This document shows positions 53,985 to 64,000 of a stretch of 64,000 bases of DNA, piece by piece. The DNA comes from Phoronis australis. Lineage: Eukaryota > Animalia > Phoronida. Made by a program: the position numbers and the translations under genes. Numbering within the stretch: position 1 is the first letter of the stretch; each line of letters opens with the position of its first letter. The notes beneath the pieces are model-generated. The model was not told where the DNA came from. It saw only the letters and a program-made list of their open reading frames with translations, and did not search any database. Location: the NCBI GenBank assembly GCA_002633005.1, contig NMRA01000416.1, forward strand, positions 163,597 through 227,596. Reading direction: 5' to 3'.

Positions 53985-55210
53985 GTGGGGGCAACCGGAG
54001 GGGAGGGGGTTGGGGACTCCAACGAACTCCCAATTTGGCGAATCAGGTCATTCTCAATAAAACAAAAAGTCCGAGCAAACGAGAAACAAAAGTCCAAAAA
54101 GCCCTCGTTGATTTGTTTTTAGTAAAAGGTCCGCAAACCAAAAAATTCGAGCCCCCCATAATTTTAGTCTGGATGCACGCACGTGTAAGTGTGTGTTTCA
54201 TTAGGTTTTGAAACCTAGGGTACTTGATATGTTTTTGTAATGGATTGATGACAACAAAAAGCGTTTCATATATGTTAAGCTGTAAACAATAGTTTGCTTA
54301 CATCAGTGCTAAAACTTCTTTCTAAGGGAGAATGCTTAATTGTCACTCACAGAAGAGGATCAGACGTACTCGTTTGAGTTGTGGTACCGTTCTATCGCAA
54401 CTGAGGTAACCCAAAATGATTTCCATGCAATGACAACAGGAAATGGTGGCAAAGTCCAAAAGAATTTACCATCCCTTACAAAGTCTAGATCAACTATAAA
54501 ATCGTACTTGTGTTTGATTCTCATAACAGCAAGTTAAAGTAAGCCTTAGACTTAAAAGTGGCAATCCCAGGTGGTCATCCAGTTGTTTCCTACTCTTTTA
54601 TTTTAGATTCTGTTGCAATGAACACGCCTAAAACCTGAAAGGTAGCAGGGGCGGATCCAGGATTTTGAGTTAGAGGGGGGCAGGACACGGGAATAACCAG
54701 AATTTCGACAGATGCGCGCGCCCAGCCTATGGGGACGCAAAGGCCTCGAATGTTTGGGGTTACGGACCTGTGGACCTGTTGACTAAAAAATATAAAAAAA
54801 CGGTAAATGGGGTTTGTTCAGGGACTATATGTTGTTTATTCACCCCGACGAGCCCCTCCTTGCGCGCACCCGAACTCCCAAATGGTATCTGGTAGGATTT
54901 TAGGGGGGGCATGGCACCCTTGTTCTTCAAAACTGAATCGTTTGCTTGCATTTCGCTTGCATACTACACACACGGCATGCGCGCACGCTGCATAAAATAT
55001 AGGGTGGTCGAATTTTTGAGGATGTGGACCTTTTACTAAAGAAAAAAAAAACGAATACGGGGTTTGTTCAGGGCTACGAATTGTGCATACGCCGAATCCT
55101 GCCTTTTTAGGGATTTTTGCGTCATTTTTCCTAGATTGTTTGTTTCTCTGAGGTGGACCTTTTTACCCACTTTGCCAAATGGGGAGGGAATCCCCATACC
55201 CGGTACGTGC
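53985..55210. repeat. Cluster of G-rich MITE-like repeats (CAGGGGCGGATCCAGG and AAAAGGTCC families)
   Basis: Related pieces at 53985-54182, 54646-54920 and 55000-55210 (inverted), and also at 57793-57925 and 58590-58848. Confidence 0.55.
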
Positions 55211-55310
55211 ATGCACGGAGCACGTCCTGACAGGCGCACCCACGATACAAATAAGAAGTAACCATGAAGTAGGCCTGCGCAGTATCTCAGTTACTGAATT
55301 TGAACTCCAG

Positions 55311-55460
55311 GGCTGGGTTGCATAAAGCTTCAAATGTTATTCGCTGGATAAGTTTGATTGTTGCGTGACGTCTGGTGCATTGTTCAACAAAAACAACGTG
55401 ACGCGTGATAATGCGACGTCATTGTTGTTATTCGGCGTATAACTTTTATGCAACTGGGCC
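55311..55460. mobile_element. PIF/Harbinger-type MITE (150 bp) with CAG target duplication
   Basis: CAG|GGCTGGGTTGCATAAAG ... CTTTTATGCAACTGGGCC|CAG. Confidence 0.7.
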
Positions 55461-57448
55461 CAGACGTTGAAGTGTGTGCATTTTTGGGACACACTCTGCA
55501 TCATTTCCCGATCCCAGCAACCAGAAACTGGACTACAGACTGTGTTCCACAGGATCAAGAAATTCTGAAACGGCCACAAAGGCACTCATACCAGGCACCT
55601 CGGGACATCACCCCTTTCCAAAAATTACTTCGAAGAATGGCGATAATAAAATGAAGTTTTCCGGAAACTGGATCGTAATAAAACGAATTTTGACCTTCGA
55701 CCCAGAGTTGAGTACTAGGTACGAACCCACTGTTGGAACCACAGCTATAGTTACTTCAGGCAGCTCCCATCTACTCTAGACCCATTCTTACTCTTCGTGT
55801 AACTTTGTTGGTTCACAACGGTTACTCAAATCCCTGTGGCTGCTTCCCCGGTATTATCCCCACCTATGGCGGACATGGGGGGGGGGTTCGGTACAAATAT
55901 GGTGACATCCAGAGAATCAGAGAACGGNGGAGGGCAGATGATAGCACATGAAGGTGGTAGGTTGGCGAAGTCAAATTGGTTTGTGCCCCCCAATAATTTT
56001 TTCCTTCCTACGGGCCTGCTCTCACGAAGGCACACAAGCACGTTTCCGCGGATGAACGAGGCTCCAGAAGAAACATAATAACTATGTTTGCTCTCTGCAG
56101 TTAACTGAAATTGAGCTCAAAAACAAGGATATGCTTTGGACGAACGAGTAAGGTGTTTTAATTTTAAAATTCAACTTGGTCCAGATTGATATTTGAAACC
56201 TAACACATGAAATAGACGTAGACAAGAATTATTAAAACCAAGAAAACAGAATTGATGGTCAAATAATTACTTGTGAATGTGTGCAATGGAGTGAATAAGA
56301 ACCTGGATATAATGCAAGAGCGATTTCTGAGGCTGTGCTCGTTTTTTATTTGTTTCAAAATTTAAAAAATGGTCAAATAATTTTTATTTTCAATTACGAG
56401 CTTGGTTTTTTATTTTAATAAAAAATATAATTAATAACATCACTTATTCTTTCAGATCAATGACAAATCACTTGTTAGTCCCAATAGTCCCTACCTCACC
56501 AGGACATAGGCTTGATGTTAATATTTTTGATCAACAAATTAAACCAGATGTGACTAATTGCACATGACAGCAAAATGCCATGAGCCACCACTGTCGAATA
56601 TATCTCCAACTCGTCAACAATCCAAGCAGATGACCTGGTTCGTGTAGAAAGCATTTTTATCAAAAATTTACAAGAAGAAACGTAAACCTGCATTCAGCAT
56701 GATACTTAATCCGTAACACTACGATTGCCGCAATTTGGTCATGTTTACTTTTCATGTTTCGAACCTAGTTTTCCGGAAAAAACCTATATCCTTTCGTCAG
56801 ACAACTCTTTGGTGCATTGACTTGTTCTTTAACTGTATTTTTCTACGTCTCTGTGGTTAACTATTGACACATTTTTTAAGATTTAATATTCAGGTTGGAC
56901 TCCAAAGACCGGCCATTTAACTCACACAATGTAAATTTCCGCTTTGTTTATCGCAGTGAGCCTCGCTTTGGATTTTAATGTCCGCCGCGTGAATAGAGTG
57001 TTATCGGACGGGCGAGTTCAAAACTGGTAGAAAATTCACCGCTCTGGTCGTATTATTTTGAACTTCGGTCTCTGCCTGCCTCGGATATTTGGAATACTCA
57101 TAATGCTTGGTCGTCTCGACATGACAAGTTTTCACGAGTCGTGAGATACAACTTGACTGACAATGATGTAAGTTTATCTTACTAGACAAAGTGGTAAACG
57201 CAGAGTCCATTTGAAAAGCGAACATCTACTTGAAATTAATAGACGACGAACGCCTTTTAACTGGCTGAGGATTGGACGGATGGCCTGTTACGCAGTTTCA
57301 TTCCTTTACTGTATTCGCAAACCCTGGCTTGAGCGATGAAAACCAAAACATCGGGGTAGCTTAAAATGTAAAAAAAAAAAACATTCAAGGATGGCACTGT
57401 CTTTGTTTCTCAGATCTGAGAGTTTAATCAAAACGCATGTTCAGCTAA

Positions 57449-58590
57449 ATAACGAGTGAAATTCCATTTATAATCAACATATGTCCATACAAATTTACGT
57501 GCGTCACAGGCCCATTACCAGAGATGAAAAGGAAACCCCAAGGTTGGCGGAAGTACAAGGAATACGATAACTAATACATTGAAATAAGTAAAAATAATGA
57601 TTTCTGGTAAGATGGGCAATGACAATCAGGGACGCACGAAATAAGAGCCAGCGGATTGGCTTGAAACCGAAATATTTTGCAAGGCTAGTTACAGTATGCT
57701 GCCGGATGACCAACCCTAACTCCGAGTGCCAAACCCGGAGGGTGAACAACGTGTGCCCAAGTCTAGGTACAGCTGCCGAGTGTTCTATCACTCAGGGGCG
57801 GATCCAGGGTTTTGAGTTCGGGGGGAGGGCAGGGTAGAGTATTAATGAGCCAGGATTTTGCCCATCAAACATAAGCAACTCGAACTGCCAAATGGAATCT
57901 GGGATAATTTTAAGGGGGCCATGGCGGTAGATATTGGTTGAGTATAAAATACACATTAACTATGAAATAAATTAAAGTAACAATCGTGGAAATAGTAATG
58001 TAGAAAAATCAGAGGGATGGTATAAAGGTTGGAATACATTGGGGTTACTGACAAGTGACGCCAGTGGAGATTGAGAAAAGAGGGGAAGTGTGTTGGGAAC
58101 ATTTTGTGAAGCTCGGAGGATCAATGAGGAAGAAGTCTTGGAATTTTGAAAGATATGCTGATATGTTTCTTAGAGGTTGCAAGATGAAGATTACTCGAAG
58201 GAAAGACAGCGGTCGTAGCAATATTGACATTTCCAGTTGAAACCTAGGAATTTGTAGGCGGCGAGAACCAAACGGATGTCGGTCTTGGCCATAAGAGAGT
58301 TGCCACCAGATAAAAGAATGGGGGTGAGGGAGATTTGGACCCACTGGTATTGGACTTCGGTTAAATGAGAAGGAAAGACGGCCTGCATTAATCGAGTGGT
58401 ATTCGTGAGAGGGTATAAGCGGTTGTGGATTCGATGGAATTTGCTGGACTCGTGAGTTCGCATGATATATGAGGATTGGAGAAGGCGAAAGAGTTGTGCG
58501 GAGGAGGTGACTGGAAAGTAGAAGACGTGTCGTGAGTGAGAACGTCGTTGATGTAATGAGTAAGGTGCAAGTTGTAAGCTTGAAGCACCC
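57449..58590 (-). mobile_element. Diverged relative of the split-direct-repeat element with a possible tyrosine-recombinase C-terminal relic
   Basis: Junction GAGTGAAATTC-CAT-TTATAATC at 57465-57467, plus shared B and internal blocks. Minus-strand peptides SLTTRLLLSSHLLRTTLS and QAVFPSHLTEVQYQW weakly resemble DIRS/Ngaro recombinase C-termini. Confidence 0.5.
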
Positions 58591-59369
58591 ATGCAGGGGG
58601 GGGGGCTTTGGGGGGTTCAAACGAGGAACCCCATTTGGCGAAGTGGGCAAAAAGGTCCGCCTCAGAGAAACAAAAAGTCTGAGAAAACGAAACAAAAGTC
58701 CACAGGAATTCGGCACGAATGCAGAATTCACAGGTCTGAACGTAGTACCCGTTTTTTTGTTTTTAGTTCCCAATTCAGTTTGCAGTTAAAGGTCCACATA
58801 CTGGAATATTCGAGCCCCCCCATATTTTAGGCTGGGTGCGCGCACATGTGAAGGTAGACTTTATGGAATCGGCATTTACTGGAGTGGTGAGGGGTTGTGG
58901 TGGATGAGGGGTGGTGTTTTGCGCCAAGACGTGCTTCCGATTAAGTAGCTAATCGGTCGGCTTCAGATGTGACAAGTGCGGAGGTTTTTTTCATTTTTCT
59001 CCTACAATTACGCTATAGGTTTCCTTGAAACATGTCTTAACACCTTAATAACCGTTGAAATCACTTGTAACTGGGTCGTAGGATTTTTTGTCTGTGACAT
59101 TCACTAGTTAAAACATGATGAAACACCACACAAAATTGACATTGATAGTTCATTATGATAACCATGGTTGTTATCTGAAGATATAATGCACGGGCGGCGG
59201 CCGGGGCGAAGGGGATGTCCAAACCATCAATTTCTCGTTTGTAGTTTTCAAGTAAAGCGAACAATGTGATGAACGTTTCCTGTTTTTGACGTCATAGTAC
59301 ATATACGTCACATATTGTTTCGTAAGAGCGCTATAGCTAAAGTTACGCACATTGCGGTATACATTCATG

Positions 59370-62300
59370 GTGCCAAAATGTCAGAACCTGAGGGAAATAT
59401 GTATGGTAATTTACCAGTTAAAATGATCAAAGATATGATGGAATATTGTGTTAACGATTTGAAGATCAGGAAAGAGTAAGTAATTGATTCCAAATAGCAG
59501 ATAACCAACATTGCAATGTGGCTTTTCGCAAAGAAAACAGTCGAAACTGATATACTAACTTGATTTTTTCGCAGATCCAGATGTTACCGGGATAGCTTTT
59601 GTTTATTTGTTTACACTTGTGCAGGAATGTTTGTTTCGAACGTATTCCTTCCCGAGGCTTCCATATATAATACGTTTTGTGATAAAACAATGTATCAATA
59701 AGACAAAAAGTTATTGAACTCACTGTACCAGTTCAAAACTCAGACAACTTTGTTAATGTATTTTAAATCAATGTCTTGTAGCATGTTCGCCGCTAATTGT
59801 ATTGCAAAGATTCGACATTCCGGTGCTTTCCATTATCCCCCAGACAGCTATGTTAATCCCATACGTACGTTTTAATTAAAGGGTACAGAACAACCTGGCA
59901 AGTATTATGAAGCTGAGATGAAGCGTTGTAAGGAGATGGGCAAAATTGTAAGCAGGCTTGTAAGAGAAGTGGATAGAAGGCAGCAAAAGACTTTGAAGCT
60001 CTGCAAGGCAGAAAGTGAGTGTATTCGCGGGTATTACAGAGACTCTTGTTTCTGATCATAACACTTGATGTAGACAAAGTGAATTTCTTACTGTACAATA
60101 ACATTTTATTTATAGAAAAACACGGACTTTAATTGGAACTAATCACTCTCTTGACAGAGTTGCAATGTGGGTCGGGATTTGCCGTAACGAAAAGGCTTTC
60201 CCAACCAACAGTTAAAATCAGTTTGACAGGGAGACAGCGTGGCTTCACCCCGAACAGAGCATTCTACTGTTAGGTATATTGGCGCACTCGACGCATATTG
60301 TCACCCGCGACGGTAATATATATACAATAGTACCTAGTCCAACAATATATGCCGTCAACGTCAACACATACTGACGTCCGGACAATCATATGTGTTAGTG
60401 CGACAATATACAGTATGTCACAAAAGAATTACCTCATAAGCCACAGAGGAATGGTATACGAAACACAGTCGGTCTATGGAGGTCTAAAATTCTTTATTCA
60501 AAGGCAAACTAATGCTAGCCTATGAAGAAAAATTAACTTAACCCAGTTTCCTGGGACGGGCCCCAAGTTTTACGGTGTCAACCATATTAAAGAACGTGCA
60601 TCGGCGGTTTCTTAAATAGTCGACGAGGCGTGCACAGGATTCCGGCACCTGGGAGGTCGGGACGATAACGGTATCACTTTCTTCATTTCTTCGCCTCGTC
60701 CACTTCTTATTTACAGCCAATTTCGCCACCGCCCCTATTGCAGTGCCACATGGGTAGCCAAACATGGTGGATTGATTAAGCCAAGAAGCATCATGAATCG
60801 TATACGTGTTTTCAACAAACTGGAGTCTTGGATCCCTTTGATCACTTCTGTAGCTTCATTAGTTTTATGTCCTTTAATGAAGTTATTCGGTTTTAGTTAT
60901 TCTTTCGACTTGCGCCTAGACGTCTATGTGGAACTAACTTACACATAAAACAGTTGCAAACGAACCAGTGTCGGAGACAGGTAAATGCAAAAAATACTGA
61001 GTGGCAAGGACATATTCCGCTTAGCAACAAGGATTAGTACAGCTTAAAATGCCCTACTAAATATCGGCAGTAACAGGCTGCAGAAGTATTACAGACAATA
61101 CTGTAGTGGGGCGTAGGCGCACGTAGGCGCAGCCAAACACCATTTGACATTTGAACGTAGCGCCTACGTGCCGTAAGTTACGTTCAGTGCTCAAAGTGAT
61201 ACGGTGGGCTTTTGGCGCCTTCTTACCTCTAAGTTTACCAATACAGCACTGATTACCGAGGGCTCGTGTCCGCGATCTCTGAGCTTCATATAGTCCTGGT
61301 AGACGTACTGAAAAGACCAGCCATGTACTCTGTACTGCTGTGAGAATAATGGGGCTATTCGGAATATCTACAATAACTAGAAGGCGCGCGTGTACTAGTG
61401 GTGATAGATTAACAGCCTCGATTTCGCGAGCTCTTTAAATACATGGTCAACTGGCTTGCAGCCGTGCCAACTGAATCTGAGATTGCGTGAAAAGGGTGCT
61501 TCTATGAGAGGAAGTAAGCACGACCTTATACAAAGGTAAGGTTTGTGATTATTTTAACGATTATTTCATGATCATTCTACCGATGCCTGTTAACTGAGGT
61601 ACTCGCCGATGTCGACTTCCCGGCAGTCGCCAGGTGGGTTAATCTTTGTTTGTTGTGATATGTGATACGATACTTGACGTAGCAATCGGTATTTTTTCGT
61701 ACATCAAAGCATTATTATTGTTTGGAATGATTTCTAACAGTTTATCAGTGACAGTTACATCAATCAATGCTGAAAGTTTATGCTGTCAACTCGATACAGG
61801 TTAATGAGTTAAGATTACAATCCAAGCCCAATGGCAAAGCGGGGTACGTGACAAATATCCATTGCATTAGATTATTTGTTTACTCCCTATCATATGTCTT
61901 CTGGAAATCTATTACACGTTGAAATGGAAATCTATCACGTCTGTTTTCACGTAACCTTTGGTTTTTAGGTTTGAGGGCTTGTACCGTGCAGAGGAGATAT
62001 GCATCACTTTTGCACCGTCCCTGAATGGACGAAAATTGGTTTTTAGCATTTGACTGCAGCTAACCAACAAGATCTTCCCATCCAGTGCAGGTCTTTTGTC
62101 AAAACTTACTTTCAATATTGGAGGCAACGAACAAAGCCTTTGAAAAGGAACAACTATTTTTAAAGAAAGGTATGTAAGTCATTTTGTTAATTTACTTATT
62201 CAGGTCCTTAGCGGGGGATTGGCATGGGGAGTTGGGGTTGTAATATTTGGTACAACTGAATGTGTGGAAATAACAGGTAATACATGTTTGGGAAAAGAGC

Positions 62301-63230
62301 ATGGCGAGGTAATTCTTAACCTTCATGAAGTCCCTTCAAGTTGATTTCTTGAAACAGTTTTGCTACTTGTATCAATTGTAAACCCATGGAAATATATTAC
62401 ATTTTCTGAATTCACAGTGACTGAATAGTCTTAACTCATGCCTTGAAATGCTGCAAGTCGTTATAAATTCAAATGACTGCCATTTTTGTGAAAATTGCAT
62501 TTTTGATGGTGCCTTACGATTTGTAATTACTCTTAAACAACAGAAAGATTAATCATCATTTTTAAATTACCCAAGTCTTCATATCTTCTATTAGAAGAAA
62601 AATCAAAAGTCTGAGAAACGGTTCCCTCAACGTTAGACTAGAAGTATTCTTGACAGACCCATGAACCCGTAATCAGAGTTTAAAATTGATGAAAGTATCA
62701 AAATTAAAAAGGCTTGAAAATGGTTAACAAAGGCTTGAAGTTGTCTCAAAAAACTTGTATATTTTGCAGACAAGTTATGCGTTTAAAGAATTGTTATGGC
62801 TACGAATGAAAAATAAAGACACAGTTTTATGCAATGCTTCCCCTTAGTTTCTGAAAATAGTAATTATTTAATTTTATGTGAAACTGTACGGCAGTCACCA
62901 TATATTTTTGAATAACAGGGATAACATTTTTGAGGCAATCTGGAGTACTTAATAATTCATATTTCAATATTTGCTCAGGTTCAGTGACATTTTTTTAAAG
63001 CCACTTCAAGCTGTATCATAGACAAGCTTTGTTACTCCATTCTCTTCCCACAGCACTTCCACACACCAGCAGTGCTGCATGGCACAATGTACAAGTCAGT
63101 GGCTCCGGAGAAATGTGAATAGCAGTACTAAGTTACCATAAGACAATGTGCCAGTGGACTGTCTGTGTATTCAGACGAACGATATCTGACTGCTACCCAA
63201 GTAAGCCTTGTTGGTGAGGATGCCCTTTCA
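59370..63230. mobile_element. Decayed ISL2EU/Harbinger-like element with a divergent THAP-type transposase relic (minus) and SAP-YqaJ exonuclease relic (plus)
   Basis: Plus strand: SAP-like LNTWS..QL..LREKGASMRGSKHDLIQR|GTAAGG (61420-61535), acceptor at 61968, and YqaJ-like AVLHGTMYKSVA..RQCASGLSV..YLTAT..LVGED with stops (63054-63230). Minus strand: weak THAP-like start at 60765 and weak transposase-like traces at 59370-59750. Ends not found. Confidence 0.5.
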
Positions 63231-64000
63231 TTGGCAATGAGTCATGTGTGGACAATAGGTTATTTCCTTTCCTGGAAGAAACATGAGGGACTGAAGCTGA
63301 AGAACACCTAGTGACACTCTGGTCTACTTCAAGGGTCTGATTTTGGGCTCAAAACGATTCAAGTGATATGCTGCTGTGTTTACCTTCAAGGGTCTAACTG
63401 TGGATGTTATTGAGGCTGAATGAGGTTACGTGAAAAAAGCCACGTGTCGAAACTGGACCTTTTTTACAAGCGCTTCTATAGGCCATTGAAACTGGATCCC
63501 AGTGAAATGAAAGCCAAAAGCTGAGTGACATTAAATTTTCCTTTCAGAAGAAAGGCTTTATACTATTGGTAAAAACTTTTCAATTTGGTACACATTGTGG
63601 GGAAATGACATTCAGTGACTGCATCGATTGTCTTATTGTATGTTTTCAATTGTAGCTAGCTGGATAAGAATCTGCTATGCACAAGATTCGAGAATAAACA
63701 ATTATCAGTGTATTTAAAAACAAATGGCAAACTGAAAAAGCACAGAAAGAAACAACATTGCAACGGAGTCCATAATCAAGCATATCAAGTGCTATTTTCT
63801 GAATTACGTTCAATTCTCAGAGGTTATTGCTGAAGGATTGCTTTTCACTTGGTCGGGCGGTTGGTTTCAGTTGTTTCCTCTCACCTGTAACAGAATAGTT
63901 GGAGAAATATTAGCAATTTGTAAAGGAAAAGACATGACAAAACTACTTTTGTAAGGCAGAATATACTTGACGTTTATGTGTAGAAACTAATAACCTTTGT

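Noticed and set aside
58045-58773. 242-aa ORF as a host gene
   Set aside because: It starts inside a G-rich MITE and runs into decayed retroelement sequence, with no coherent domain.

Overview
Eukaryotic, AT-rich and repeat-dense DNA, most likely from an invertebrate animal; the species cannot be determined from the sequence. One host gene is supported: a minus-strand BTB-BACK-Kelch (KLHL-family) gene with four phase-consistent coding exons (28809-27852, 26550-26316, 26067-25867, 6899-6799). It has a ~19 kb intron, and its 3' end was not found in the window. Most of the remainder is nested transposon debris: two Sola3-type elements (TTAA duplications, GA(G)...CTC ends, decayed transposases), one Sola2-like element, two copies of a non-autonomous Kolobok-like element, a pogo/mariner-type TA element, a CR1-like LINE, an ISL2EU-like THAP plus SAP/YqaJ relic, several MITEs, satellites and a 680-nt assembly gap. 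The most interesting signal is a small repeat family present three times with circularly permuted halves. One copy is an exact 500-bp insertion at a CAT core, with a matching empty site elsewhere in the window. This fits a split-direct-repeat, tyrosine-recombinase (Ngaro/PAT-like) retroelement. All calls come from reading by eye; no database searches were run, and boundaries of degraded repeats are approximate.
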